Shown here: one piece after another, positions 46,868 to 57,878 of the stretch
How positions within the stretch are numbered: the first letter of the stretch is position 1
Layout: each line of letters opens with the position of its first letter
Source of the DNA: an uncultured delta proteobacterium
GTDB lineage: Bacteria > Desulfobacterota > Desulfobacteria > Desulfobacterales > Desulfosalsimonadaceae
Direction: 5' to 3'
Assembly: GCA_963826785.1 (NCBI GenBank)
Contig: CAWGYD010000008.1
Coordinates: 449,971-513,970 of the forward strand
DNA: 64,000 nucleotides
The notes under the pieces: model-generated
Database searches by the model: none
Told to the model about the DNA's origin: nothing
The model's input: only the letters and a program-made list of their open reading frames with translations
Made by a program: the position numbers and the translations under genes

Positions 46868-49012
46868 ATGAAGATTTGGCGAAATCAGCAGGGGGTGGCC
46901 CACGTTCAGGCGGACGATCTGCCCGGGCTCTTCAATGGAATGGGCTACGTGCATGGACGGGACCGGGGGCTTCAGCTCCTTTTGATGCGGATTTTGGGGC
47001 AGGGCCGGGCCTGTGAGCTGCTGGATGCCTCCGATCAGATGTTATCCATCGATCTGTTCTTCCGCAAAATGAACTGGTACGGCCATATGTCCGAACAGCT
47101 GGAGACGCTTGCCCCGGACATCAAAACGATCTGCCGGTCTTACTGCGACGGCGTCAATGCGGCCCTTTCGGAAAAACGGCCCTGGGAATTAAAACTGGTC
47201 GGCTATACCCCGGAGCCCTGGCGCATCGAAGACATTCTGCTGCTTTCGCGGATGATGGGGTATCTGACCCTGTCCCAGTCCCAGGGGGAGATGGAGCGCC
47301 TGTTTGTGGAAATGGTCCAGGCCGGCATCGATGAAGAAAGGCTCCATGAACTCTTCCCGGGCATTTTAGGGGGACTGGATGTAAAGCTTGTCGGCGAAAT
47401 CAAATTGGGCGAGCGGATCGTCAATCCGGCGGATCTCTGGGGCCGGGCGGTGCCGAAGATGATGGCCTCGAACAACTGGGTCGTTTCCGGCGCCAGAACC
47501 CAATCGGGAAAACCGATCCTCGCCAATGATCCCCACCTGGAAATCAACCGGCTTCCCAATGTCTGGTGCGAAATGGTGCTGATCACACCGGATCGGTATG
47601 CCATGGGGGCTTCCGTCCCCGGCGCGCCGGGACTTCCCATCGGCCGCAATCCTGATCTGGCATGGAGCGCCACCTACACCTTCATGGATTCCACGGATTC
47701 CTGGATCGAGATGTGCCGGGACGGCAAATACTTCCGGGAACCGGATACCTGGGAGCCATTTCATCAGCGCAGGGAAACCATTCTGCGAAAGAAAAAGGAC
47801 CCGGTGGAGGTCACCTTCTATGAAAACCCCCACGGGGTACTGGACGGAAATCCCTTCGAGTCGGGAAAATACCTGGCCACCGCCTGGGCGCCGGCTTTTT
47901 CAGGCGCAAAATCCATTTCCCGCCTGCTGAACATGTGGCATGCGAAAAGCGTGGATGAAGGGATGAAGCTGCTGGGGAAGGTCGAAACCTCCTGGAATTT
48001 CGTTCTGGCCGACAACAAGGGGAATATCGGATATCAAATGTCGGGCCTCATGCCCAGGCGACGGGAGGGGATCAGCGGTTTTGTCCCGCTGGCCGGGTGG
48101 AAGCCCGAAAACGACTGGCAGGGAACCGTCGACCCGGTCGACCTGCCCCGATGCTTGAACCCCGAGCAGGGCTATTTCGTCACCTCCAATCAGGATTTAA
48201 ATTCATACGGCAAGGCCGCTCCCATCAATGTGGGGATGGGGCCTTACCGCTCCGACCGGATCGCAGCGCTTCTTGAAGAAAAGAACAAATTGACCTGCGA
48301 GGACATGTTTGCCATCCATTTCGATGTCTATTCGACGCAGGCCGAAGCCTTCATGAAAATCCTTTCACCGCTGCTTGGCGAGACGGAAAACGGCCGGCTG
48401 CTCAAAAGCTGGGATTTGAGGTACACCGCCGATTCCAAAGGGGCCTGGCTGTTCAAACGGTTTTACCGGGAACTGTACAAGGAAGTGTTCGGAAAAAACG
48501 GAATGGGGGAACCGGCGGTGGCCTTTCTGCAAACCGCCACCGGCATGTTCAATGATTTTTATGTCAATTTTGACCGCATTCTTCTATCCGAAAACTCCGC
48601 CTGGTTCAGCGGCAGGACCCGGACGGAAATCTGGAAGAAAGCCGCGGATGCAATCCTATCCATAGAGCCGAAGCCCTGGGGCGACTCACAGCAGTTGATG
48701 CTGGAGAACATCTTTTTTGCCGGCCGACTCCCCCGATTTCTGGGATTTGACCGTGGACCGATCACCATCATAGGGGATCTTGCCACTCCGCATCAGGGCC
48801 AGATTTATCAAAGCGCGGGGCGCAAAACCAGCTTCGCGCCCTCTTACCGATTCGTCACGGATCTTTCGACAAACGAACTGCACACCAATCTGGCCGGCGG
48901 GCCATCTGACCGCCGGTTCTCGAAATGGTACGCGTCGGATCTGGACAACTGGGCGGCCGGGCGGTACAAGAAACTGAGACCGGATGACAGTGAGGACCCG
49001 ATCGAATTCTAA
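46868..49012 (+). CDS. Penicillin acylase family Ntn-hydrolase (no signal peptide)
   Basis: GVAHV, GYVHGRDR, ASNNWVVSG, LANDPHL. Confidence 0.9.
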   Translation: MKIWRNQQGVAHVQADDLPGLFNGMGYVHGRDRGLQLLLMRILGQGRACELLDASDQMLSIDLFFRKMNWYGHMSEQLETLAPDIKTICRSYCDGVNAALSEKRPWELKLVGYTPEPWRIEDILLLSRMMGYLTLSQSQGEMERLFVEMVQAGIDEERLHELFPGILGGLDVKLVGEIKLGERIVNPADLWGRAVPKMMASNNWVVSGARTQSGKPILANDPHLEINRLPNVWCEMVLITPDRYAMGASVPGAPGLPIGRNPDLAWSATYTFMDSTDSWIEMCRDGKYFREPDTWEPFHQRRETILRKKKDPVEVTFYENPHGVLDGNPFESGKYLATAWAPAFSGAKSISRLLNMWHAKSVDEGMKLLGKVETSWNFVLADNKGNIGYQMSGLMPRRREGISGFVPLAGWKPENDWQGTVDPVDLPRCLNPEQGYFVTSNQDLNSYGKAAPINVGMGPYRSDRIAALLEEKNKLTCEDMFAIHFDVYSTQAEAFMKILSPLLGETENGRLLKSWDLRYTADSKGAWLFKRFYRELYKEVFGKNGMGEPAVAFLQTATGMFNDFYVNFDRILLSENSAWFSGRTRTEIWKKAADAILSIEPKPWGDSQQLMLENIFFAGRLPRFLGFDRGPITIIGDLATPHQGQIYQSAGRKTSFAPSYRFVTDLSTNELHTNLAGGPSDRRFSKWYASDLDNWAAGRYKKLRPDDSEDPIEF

Positions 49013-49047
49013 GGAAGTAACATGAATGAAGCGGACTTGTATCTGCC

Positions 49048-49482
49048 CTAACGGGTTTCCGGAAACTTCAGCGAAATCGATTCGCCGTCCTCTTTTTTCT
49101 TCACCTTGACCATCATATCGATGCTGCTGTCGCGGATCCCCAGCGAAAGGGGGAGCTTTCCCTTGTCTTCTTCGATATGGGTGATTTCCCTGATAATCTT
49201 GAATATCCGGTCCGCCACCGGTCCTGCGGGATGGGGCAGTTCTGCCTTGCGGTATGTTGCCTCAATTTCTACCTTCCCGCCCTTGCTCCGTTTCAGCTTG
49301 ATCGTTTCGGTATTGGTGTTCAGGCCATGAAGAATGGCCAGTGCCAGCCATTTAAGGGCCGTTTCTTCATCATCGGGTTGATGATTGATCTTCCCCAGTT
49401 CGGACAGATAATCCGTTTCGGCAAAGCAATTGATCTCGTCCTGCACCTTTTTATGAAGACTCTGCCTGTCTAATGGTTCCAT
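49048..49482 (-). CDS. Hypothetical protein, possibly a stand-alone GspE/PilB N2D-like domain
   Basis: GAGGAGG RBS; secondary-structure pattern resembles N2D by eye. Confidence 0.6.
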   Translation of the reverse strand: MEPLDRQSLHKKVQDEINCFAETDYLSELGKINHQPDDEETALKWLALAILHGLNTNTETIKLKRSKGGKVEIEATYRKAELPHPAGPVADRIFKIIREITHIEEDKGKLPLSLGIRDSSIDMMVKVKKKEDGESISLKFPETR

Positions 49483-49641
49483 GACGCGCCTCCTCGATTT
49501 TCAATTTATCATTGACTGGTATAAAAATTACCCATGAAAGCAGGGGCGTCAACTGATGGACCCAAAAATCAATGCAGAAGGGCTCCGAAGAGGCATCCGG
49601 GTGAATTGACTTTATCGGCAAAGACCTTTATGTAATTTACC

Positions 49642-50220
49642 ATGACATCACCGGCAAAACATAAATCTGCCCTTCGGTTGATCGAAGGCGGACTTCACTG
49701 CAGCATGAATCACGGAGATATCCGCATCGTCGGGGCGCCCGAGGAAGCGCCGCCATTCAAGATCGATGCACGGGCCGTCGAGGAGGACACCTATTTGATC
49801 ATGGGCGCCGAGCCGCAGCATGTGAAGCCGGCCGATCATCCCCTGCGCCTGATTGCCGAATTATCCAACCTGACCCCTGAAATTCCGGGATCAGTCATCA
49901 TCAAGAGCGGCCGGCCCGCCCTTTTTCTGGCGGTGGTTCATGATGTGGATGACGTGCCCACCTGGCGTGAAAAGTGGATTGAAGCTGCTCTTTGGGAAAT
50001 TTTTAAAAAAGCGGAGGACCGGCGGATGTCGGCGATCGGACTGCCGGTACTCGGCAGCCGGTACGGCAAGTTCAAGGCATCCCGGTTTATTCACCTGCTG
50101 AACCGGGTGCTGGATGCCGGCGGGATTTGTCACCTTAAACGGATATGGCTGATCGCGCCGGTTCCGGTGAATGCTCAATTGATCAAGATGCTGGGGGAGC
50201 AAAGAAGACTGAAAGTCTAA
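49642..50220 (+). CDS. Divergent macro-domain-like protein
   Basis: PGSVII..LAVVHD..AL..IF..A...SAIGLPVLGSRYG resembles the C-terminal half of macro domains. Confidence 0.55.
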   Translation: MTSPAKHKSALRLIEGGLHCSMNHGDIRIVGAPEEAPPFKIDARAVEEDTYLIMGAEPQHVKPADHPLRLIAELSNLTPEIPGSVIIKSGRPALFLAVVHDVDDVPTWREKWIEAALWEIFKKAEDRRMSAIGLPVLGSRYGKFKASRFIHLLNRVLDAGGICHLKRIWLIAPVPVNAQLIKMLGEQRRLKV

Positions 50221-50275
50221 AGCCTGAAGGATAGAAGGCTGAGGCAAAAAACTTAAAAATCACCGGACCGTGCTG

Positions 50276-51178
50276 TCATCCCTTCTGCTTGGTCCTGCCG
50301 TTGATTTTCTTCTGGACGCTTTGCCTGACCTGCCGGCTTTTCTGGTTTAACACGGTGTAGCTGTACCGGACGTTTTTTTCCAGGATCTGCGGGTAATTCA
50401 TAATATTGTTTTTGATCTTGTAGCCGTTGCTGGTGACTTTGCGAATCAGGTCGATTTCCTTGCCGATCACCCGGCACTGTCCCTGCCGGACCGCTTCCAG
50501 AAAAGCCCTTCGATCCGGCGCCTTTTCCTTTTCCGCACAGGTAACGGCTTTGCCCATCTGAAACAGGTTATGGCCGTCGCTGCCGCCGGTCATGGACTTG
50601 CCCAGATTAAACCCCAGCACCGCACATTGCAGGTTCCACTTTTTCAGATTTCCCGCATTGATGGCTTCGACCCCGTCCGCCTGATCCAGCAGGTACTGCT
50701 GCCGATGATCGGAGATGACCGGATTGCAGATGCCGGTGTAAACGGCGCAGTACGGATGCGGAAAAATGATGACCGGTTTATATTTCCGGGCCTTTTCGAT
50801 GATCCCCTCCATGGGCAGGAAAGAGGATGACATCACGTGCCGGCCCAGCCAGGGCACCAGATCCGTTTCATAAAACCGGATCAACTCCTTGATGTCATTT
50901 AAATAGACCAGAAGATGGGCGCCTTCCCGGGAGGTGATTTCAATTCCGGGGATGGAGAAGATATCTTCGTATTGGGCCAGGTGGATCGCGCCCCGGATCT
51001 CGTTATGATCGGTGACGGCCACCCCGATGCCGAGTTTGCGCGCCCGGCCGGCGATGCTGGGGATATCATTGAACCCGTCTGAATGCCGGGAATGAAAGTG
51101 CATGTCCACGACCGTGTACGACTCGGAAAGCTCGGTCAGCAGGGGCCGCTCGAAAAGGACCCGGTTCTGATGCTGCAT
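50276..51178 (-). CDS. PHP-domain phosphoesterase
   Basis: DMHFHS.HSDG, VTDHN, GIEITS, HPY, GGSDGH. Confidence 0.9.
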   Translation of the reverse strand: MQHQNRVLFERPLLTELSESYTVVDMHFHSRHSDGFNDIPSIAGRARKLGIGVAVTDHNEIRGAIHLAQYEDIFSIPGIEITSREGAHLLVYLNDIKELIRFYETDLVPWLGRHVMSSSFLPMEGIIEKARKYKPVIIFPHPYCAVYTGICNPVISDHRQQYLLDQADGVEAINAGNLKKWNLQCAVLGFNLGKSMTGGSDGHNLFQMGKAVTCAEKEKAPDRRAFLEAVRQGQCRVIGKEIDLIRKVTSNGYKIKNNIMNYPQILEKNVRYSYTVLNQKSRQVRQSVQKKINGRTKQKG

Positions 51179-51544
51179 TTATGCCTCATATGAAAACAGG
51201 GCAACCCTGTTTATATTTTTGTCTGTGCTTCTGTTGCCGGGCGGTAAAGCGCCCGCAGCCGCGGGGTTTCATCTTTACATGATCATTTTTCGGTGCTTTG
51301 GAATAATGCATAACGCTATAATGTAATACCGGATCAAATGCATTCAATCGGCAAAACGTCATCCGGCCGACTCTTTTTGCCAAAGTGCCATCCCCTGCTT
51401 ATCGCAAGTGCGCACCTGAAACAATGAAAAAAGGCGGGATCAAATGCGTATTTCCCTTTTGAGATGAAATGCGATGTGGGAAACGCCTTTCAATTGCAGA
51501 AAATACGGGCTCGTGCATCCACGCAATTATCCCCTCGGGCGCTG

Positions 51545-51586
51545 AAAAGAAAAACCCCCCGGCGGGCAAGCCTCGGGGGGTCTTTT
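51545..51586. terminator. Intrinsic terminator after etfA
   Basis: AAAACCCCCCGG..CTCGGGGGGTCTTTT, with U tract on the minus strand. Confidence 0.75.
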
Positions 51587-51607
51587 AAAAATCAGAACCG
51601 AAAGGAA

Positions 51608-52576
51608 TCAGGATTCCAGTTTCTCCGTCAATTCCGGGACGAATTCGATGATGTTGGCTTCGATGCCCAGATCGGCCACCTGAAAGATGGGGGCCTTGGG
51701 ATTCTTGTTGACGGCCACGATAAAGGGATTTCCCTTGATGCCGCCCAGGTGCTGGAATGATCCGGAGATACCCAGCGCCATGTAGACCTTGGGTTTGACC
51801 GTCTGGCCGGAAGTTCCCACCTGGCGCGCCTTTTCCAGCCATTTGGCATCCACGATGGGCCGTGAGCAGGATACGTCCGCGCCCATGGCCTTGGCCAGGT
51901 CGAAGACGAGTTCGAGGTTGTCCTGTTCCTCGATGCCCCGACCGACCGATACCAGCACCTCGGACTTGGTGATGTCGACATCGCCCACTTCGGCAGCCAC
52001 CACTTCGAGGAATTTGCGCTTGGCGGAAAGGTCGCCGGCATCGCCCGATTTGTCCACCACTTCGCCGCCGCCGGCCTTGGATTCATCCGCCGGGAAGGCG
52101 CCGGGCCGTGCATTGATGACTGCTCCGGCGGCAAGATCGCAGGTCACGTGCGTGTGGGCCTGACCGCCGAATTCCTGGCGCACGACTTTGAGGGTGTCGC
52201 CGTCCACGGCGTCGATGCCGATGATGTCGGCGACGAACGCGGAATTCATTTTAATGGACAGTCCCGGCCCCAGGTCCATGCCGAGCGTGTCATGGGGCAG
52301 CAAGACGATGGAGTCTCCCGGCAGGACGTTGACCAGCGCCTTGCGGACCACTTCCGCATTGGGGTAGGCCAGCGCCGCATTGTCGATCTTCCAGACCGCG
52401 TTATACGATGCGGCCATTTCACTGCAAACCTTGTCCAGATCGCCGCCTGTGCCGGTGACGATCGCGGTTGCGGGTGCACCCGGAGCGATTTTTTTGGCCG
52501 CGGCCAGCAGCTCCAGCGCGGAATCTTCTGCAACACCCTGTGCGTGCTTGATATATGCAAAAACCTGTCCGGCCAT
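51608..52576 (-). CDS. etfA: Electron transfer flavoprotein alpha subunit
   Basis: SVGRG, SRPIVD, QVGTSGQTV.P, GISGSFQH, NKNPKAPIF. Confidence 0.95.
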   Translation of the reverse strand: MAGQVFAYIKHAQGVAEDSALELLAAAKKIAPGAPATAIVTGTGGDLDKVCSEMAASYNAVWKIDNAALAYPNAEVVRKALVNVLPGDSIVLLPHDTLGMDLGPGLSIKMNSAFVADIIGIDAVDGDTLKVVRQEFGGQAHTHVTCDLAAGAVINARPGAFPADESKAGGGEVVDKSGDAGDLSAKRKFLEVVAAEVGDVDITKSEVLVSVGRGIEEQDNLELVFDLAKAMGADVSCSRPIVDAKWLEKARQVGTSGQTVKPKVYMALGISGSFQHLGGIKGNPFIVAVNKNPKAPIFQVADLGIEANIIEFVPELTEKLES

Positions 52577-53376
52577 TATTTCAACCCTCCTTTGGCTTTT
52601 AAGTTTTCAATCAGTTTTTCGATGATCTCATCCGTGCTGCCGGTGAGCATTTCCGCGCCTTCTCCCATTTCGGGCACGAAGTAGTCGACGCGCTTGACTT
52701 TTGCCGCACCTTCGCCGACCGCGGCGGGATCCACGCCCAGGTCGGATGCGCCCATGGTGGGGATCTCCACCGAGGCGACTTTCCGTATGCCGCGGATACC
52801 CACGTATCGGGGTTCATTGATGCCGGTCTGGATGGACAGGACGCAGGGCAGTTCGATCTCGTTCATTTCCTGGTTGCCGCCCTCGATTTCCCGGCCGACT
52901 TTCAGTTTGCCGTCGCCGGCCTCGATCAGGTTCACCAGCGAGGCATAGGGGTAATCCAGCATGGCGGCCAGCATGCCGCCCACCTGGCCCGCGCCTTCGT
53001 CCGCCTGGGCGCCGCTCATGATCAGGTCGTAATTGCCTTTTTCCACGGCGGCTTTCAGGACGGCGGCAATGCCTTTGCCATCGGAGCCCTCAAAGGCATC
53101 GTCGGCCAGAAGAAGTCCTTTTTCAGCGCCCATGGCCATTTCCCGGCGGAGCACCTCTTCCGATTCATCGTCGCCGACGGTGACCACAGTGACGGACCCG
53201 CCGACCTTGTCCACGATCTGGATCGCTTCTTCCACCGCATAGTTGTCCCATTCATTCACGGAATACACCAGGTCGTCTCTCTCAATGTCGTTTCCGGCAC
53301 TGTTGATGACGATCTCGTTTTCCGAGGTGTCGGGAACCCGTTTGACACATACCAAAATCTCCATATTGTCCTCCAC
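52576..53376 (-). CDS. etfB: Electron transfer flavoprotein beta subunit
   Basis: VCVKRVPD, NEWDNYAVEEA, AMGA, REIEGG, NEPRY. Confidence 0.95.
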   Translation of the reverse strand: MEDNMEILVCVKRVPDTSENEIVINSAGNDIERDDLVYSVNEWDNYAVEEAIQIVDKVGGSVTVVTVGDDESEEVLRREMAMGAEKGLLLADDAFEGSDGKGIAAVLKAAVEKGNYDLIMSGAQADEGAGQVGGMLAAMLDYPYASLVNLIEAGDGKLKVGREIEGGNQEMNEIELPCVLSIQTGINEPRYVGIRGIRKVASVEIPTMGASDLGVDPAAVGEGAAKVKRVDYFVPEMGEGAEMLTGSTDEIIEKLIENLKAKGGLK

Positions 53377-53466
53377 CTAAGCTGTTAGTAAAAAGATGAT
53401 TCAGACCTATCCGTCAAATAAACCGAAATGACAATCTTTCCGAAATATATAAATAACCCTGCGGAA

Positions 53467-55540
53467 TTATTTTGCCAAATGGGCGGCGACCAGTTCACTC
53501 AAGTCAATGGCTTCCATCTTTCCTTCCAGTCCCGCCACCTTGATGCCGTCTTCGATGTTGGTCAGGCAGAACGGGCATGCGGTCACGATCACGCTGGCGC
53601 CGGCTTTCTGCGCCATCTTGACCCGGCGGACGCCCATCCGTTCGTCTTCCTCCGGTTCATAGAAGAGCATCAGACCGCCGCCGCTGCAGCAGAAGGACCG
53701 ATCCCGGGACTTGAACATTTCCACCCGGCGGATGCCGGAAATGGCATCGAGCACCTGGCGCGGGGCATCGTAGACGTCATTGTGACGGCCGAGATAACAG
53801 GGGTCGTGATACGTATATACCTTGTTCGCTTCTTCCTCGGTCACGCCGGTCAGCTTGATGGTTCCGGCAGCGATCTGTCCGGCGACGAACTGGCTGATAT
53901 GCTCCACCGGCGGAAGATCCGTTGTACTCGTTTTTCAGTGCATTGAAGGCATGCGGGTCCGCGGTGACGATCTTCTTGACGGCCGCATCGAGGATGGCCT
54001 CCGTGTTCTGCGCCTTCAAATCCTGAAAGAGCATTTCCTCGCCGAACCGCCGGACTTCGTTTCCGGAATCCTTTTCCGCCTTGCCCAGGATGCCGAAATT
54101 GGCCCCGGCCGCGCAAAGGACCTTGGCGGTGGCCTGGGCGATCAGCTGCATCCGTTCGTCATAGGACGATACGCTGTCCACGAAATAGAGGATATCCGCG
54201 GATTCCCCCCCGCCCAGTTCCTTGACTTCGCAGTCTTCCATTCCCTTGGTCCATTCCGAACGCTTCTTTTCCAGCTTGCCATAGGGGTTGCCGCGTTTTT
54301 CCAGCGACTGGAGGGGTTTCTGCAGGGTCTGGGGAACGTTTCCATCGTCAACCATTCCCCGGCGCAGATCGACGATCTTATTGATGTATTCGATCCCCAG
54401 CGGGCATTCCTGCTCGCAGGCGCCGCAAGTGGTGCAGGACCAGATTTCATCTTCGCTGTAAATGGTGCCGATCAGGTTTTCGTCCGTTCCGACGAAATTT
54501 CCCATGAGCGGAAAATGATGAAATGCGTAGTCGCGCCCCTTGAGGGAAATGAACCGGGGAGACAGGGGCCGGCCCACCGTCCGGGCGGGACATTGATCGG
54601 CGCATCGCCCGCAGTCGGCACAGGTATAGAAGTCAAGGATATCTTTCCAGGTAAAATCGCTGTATTTCTTTACGCCGAAGGATTCCAGATCATCGAGCTG
54701 ATCCTCGGCCACACCGTAGCGGACCGGGCGGATCCGGCCCTTTTCCAGGCGCATGAAATAGACGTTGAACAGCGAGGTGATAACGTGGAAATGCTTGCCC
54801 ATGGGCAAAAAGCACAGGAAGGTAAAGAAAACGATATCATGAACGTAATAGGAGATAATGTGGAGGCGCTGCAGGGTGGCAATGGGGGTATCTACCAGCG
54901 CGTTTCGAAACATCCAGGCCAGGGTGCCCGGGGCCAGAAATTCCCCGTGGCCGGTGACCTGTGTCTGGGCGGCCACCAGAGCGGCTTCATACATACTCTC
55001 GGAGACCATCAGCGTACCGATGAATCCAAGGACCAGCAGGGCTTCCCAGGTGTGATCCTCTCCGTATGATTTCGGGTAGGCGTAGCGCTCGGGCCGGAAA
55101 ATGCCCCGGCGGATAAACGCGATCACCGCGGCGATGAACACGGCAGTGGCGGCATAATCCTTGAAAAAATAGTAAATGTCGCCCAAAAACGTATTGAGGC
55201 CCGGAAAGATGAAATCCGAACTGATCCCTTTGATCACCAGTTCCATGGAGCGGATGGAAAGGATCAGAAAGCCGAAAAAAATGATGATGTGGAGCACACC
55301 CCCCATCATGTACCGCGGCTGTTTCCATTGGGCCAGCCAGATCTTGGCGATGTTGAACAGGCGCTCCTTGGGCCGGTCAAACCGGAAATCCGGGTTTGAT
55401 CTGACGATGGGCGCCAGCCTCAAGGCGATGATATAAGTAAACAGGGCCACCGCGGCAACCGGGATCAGCACCGAGAAAATCACCGTCGGAAAAAACCCGA
55501 ATAGCTTATACGAAGCCGGAGAAATCAATACAGGATCCAT
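53467..55540 (-). CDS. Membrane Fe-S oxidoreductase (FadF/HdrF-like, ETF:quinone oxidoreductase type); frameshift near 53922
   Basis: 5 TM with KHFH; CADCGRCADQCP and CTTCGACEQECP; CCG domain (YHDPCYLGR, CCSGGG, TACPFC) in the second frame. Confidence 0.88.
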
Positions 55541-55618
55541 TTACTTCTTTTCCCCTTTCATGTGTTGGTCATATCTTATTTCGATGCGAAAACGGCAGTT
55601 CGCGCAACCATAACATAA

Positions 55619-55652
55619 TGAGTGTATGTTCATATAAATGAACCATCATTCA
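55619..55652. promoter_or_regulatory. Two FadR-type operator palindromes overlapping a sigma70 promoter
   Basis: TGAGTGTATGTTCA and TGAACCATCATTCA; TTGACT-N17-TATGAA on the minus strand. Confidence 0.6.
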
Positions 55653-55987
55653 TAGTTAATTATGCGGGTGCAGTCAAGAGAAATATGGGGAAGAAGGCTG
55701 AAGACCAAGGGCTGAACACTGATGTTTTTACGCTTCCATCATTGCGGACTCAAAAATAAAAACCCGTCCTGAAAAAGCGCTTTATCCCGCCTCAACCGGG
55801 TTCTAGCAGAAATGAACGTGCATTTTTCCGGTGCATCGTAAATTGGATTTCAAATTTCTGTTTCGAAAATACATGGCGACCCCGGCGGGGCACCCCCCTG
55901 AGGTGGGACGTGAGTGGGGATCGACCCCGCCGGGATACCATCATTTTTCAGTCTTGGCCTTGCAACCTTCAGCGATTTACGCTCGGA

Positions 55988-57799
55988 TTATCCGATAAAA
56001 GACGCCTCATCAATATCCATGGCGGCGCTGTCTGCGGCCAGGATGGCGTTCATTTTCCCCAGCGTGGTCGGCAGCACCGTGCTGGTGAAGAACTGGGCGC
56101 TCTTGAGCTGTCCGTCATAGAAGGGGATGTCCTTCTTCTTGGCGGTCTCAAGCGCCTTGGCGGCAATTACGGCTCTCCAGAGCAGCTGCCAGGCCATCAC
56201 CACGTCGCCGCACACTTCCATGAAAGGATAGGAGAAAGCAAAAGCGGTGAGCACCTTTTCGGACATGGCGATCTTGCCCATGTGCATGGCGACTTCACCC
56301 AGCTTGTTCAGCGCCTCTTCCAGCTTGGCCGCATAGGACTTGATGGCCTCGATTTCCTTGGCCTGGCCGATCACATTCATGATTTCGCCCATCAGATCCA
56401 TGACCAGCTTGCCCTTTTTCATGCCGAGCTTCCGGCCGAGCAGGTCCATGGACTGGATGCCGTTGGTCCCCTCATAGATCATGGTGATGCGGCAGTCGCG
56501 CACCAGCTGCTCCTGGGGATATTCCTTGATATAGCCGTAGCCGCCGTAGATCTGCATGCCCAGGTTGCAGACATCATAGGCCCGGTCGGTGACGTATCCC
56601 TTGGCGATGGGGATCAGCAGGTCGATCAGTCCGTGGTACTTGTCTTTTTCCTCTTCGTTGTCCGTGGTGTTGGCCTTGTCTTCGCACCAGGCCACATAGT
56701 AGAGAAGGCTTCTCATCCCTTCCACGTAGGCTTTCATGGTCAAAAGCATGCGCCGAACGTCGGGATGCTGGATGATGCTCACCGACGGGGCTTCCTTGGC
56801 CAGCATGTTGAGCAGATGCCGTCCCTGGATGCGCTCCTTGGCATAATTCACCGAGTTCATGTAGGAGGCGGTGGCACAGGAGAATCCCTGCATGCCCACC
56901 AGCAGGCGGGCTTCGTTCATCATCAGGAACATGGCCCGCATCCCCTTGTTCTCCTCGCCGAGCAGGGTGCCGATGCAGTTGCCCTTTTCACCCAGGGACA
57001 GGGTGCAGGTGGCGTTCCCGTGAATCCCCATTTTTTCTTCGATTCCCACGCAGGTCACGTCATTGAATTCACCCAGGCTGCCGTCGGCATTGACCCTGAA
57101 CTTGGGAACCAGGAACAGGGAGATGCCTTTCGTGCCGGCGGGCGCGCCCTCGATCCGGGCCAGGACCGGGTGTACGATGTTCTTGCACAGGTCGTGCTCT
57201 CCGCTGGAGATAAAAATCTTCTGTCCGGTGATGGAGTAGGTGCCGTCGCCGTTGGGTACCGCCTTGGTCTCCAGCGCACCCACGTCGGAGCCCGCATTGG
57301 GTTCGGTCAGCAGCATGGTCCCGCCCCACTCGCAGGTGAACAGTTTTTTCAGAAAAAGCTTTTTCTGCTCTTCCGTGCCGAACGCCTCCACCAGCTTGCC
57401 GGCGCCGTGGGTGAGGCCCGAATACATCATAAAGGCATAATTGGCGCCGTTGAAAAACTCGGCGGCCGCCATGGACACGGCCCGGGGCATCCCCTGCCCG
57501 CCGTATTCCGGATCTTCCGGCATGGCCGTCCACTCCCCTTCGCGCAGGAGATCAAAGGGCTTGCGGAAAATTTCAGGGACGATCACCTTGCCCCCTTCAA
57601 ATTTGCAGCCGATCTCGTCGCCTTCCTTGCGGGTGGGCAGGATCTCCTTTACCGCCAGATTCCGGGCTTCGGAAACGATCAGGTCCACGGTCTTGCGGTT
57701 GAATTCCGCATACGTTTCATGATTGCTGAAGTCCCCCACGGCCAATTGCTCATGAAGAACAAAATCAACATCCCGCCGGTCAGAAATTTGCTGTGCCAT
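55988..57799 (-). CDS. Acyl-CoA dehydrogenase (long, ~600-aa type)
   Basis: GTMLLTEPNAGSDVG, GQKIFISSG, GTKGISLFLVPK, KMGIHG, MMNEARL, GGYGY, IYEGTNGIQ. Confidence 0.95.
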   Translation of the reverse strand: MAQQISDRRDVDFVLHEQLAVGDFSNHETYAEFNRKTVDLIVSEARNLAVKEILPTRKEGDEIGCKFEGGKVIVPEIFRKPFDLLREGEWTAMPEDPEYGGQGMPRAVSMAAAEFFNGANYAFMMYSGLTHGAGKLVEAFGTEEQKKLFLKKLFTCEWGGTMLLTEPNAGSDVGALETKAVPNGDGTYSITGQKIFISSGEHDLCKNIVHPVLARIEGAPAGTKGISLFLVPKFRVNADGSLGEFNDVTCVGIEEKMGIHGNATCTLSLGEKGNCIGTLLGEENKGMRAMFLMMNEARLLVGMQGFSCATASYMNSVNYAKERIQGRHLLNMLAKEAPSVSIIQHPDVRRMLLTMKAYVEGMRSLLYYVAWCEDKANTTDNEEEKDKYHGLIDLLIPIAKGYVTDRAYDVCNLGMQIYGGYGYIKEYPQEQLVRDCRITMIYEGTNGIQSMDLLGRKLGMKKGKLVMDLMGEIMNVIGQAKEIEAIKSYAAKLEEALNKLGEVAMHMGKIAMSEKVLTAFAFSYPFMEVCGDVVMAWQLLWRAVIAAKALETAKKKDIPFYDGQLKSAQFFTSTVLPTTLGKMNAILAADSAAMDIDEASFIG

Positions 57800-57878
57800 G
57801 ATACTTTTCTCCTTTTTGATGTATTTGGGCTTTGTCCATGAAGATATCTATCGGGAACCGATTTTAAAAAACCGATCT

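Noticed and set aside
50205..50245. Short GCTGAAG-like degenerate heptamer runs (also 55690-55722)
   Set aside because: Too short and degenerate to support a feature call.
55910..57841. 643-aa ORF on + (and similar long ORFs at 18403-19899, 53822-55069, 22860-23993, 7647-8528)
   Set aside because: Antisense shadows of well-supported genes in GC-rich DNA, with no recognisable motifs.
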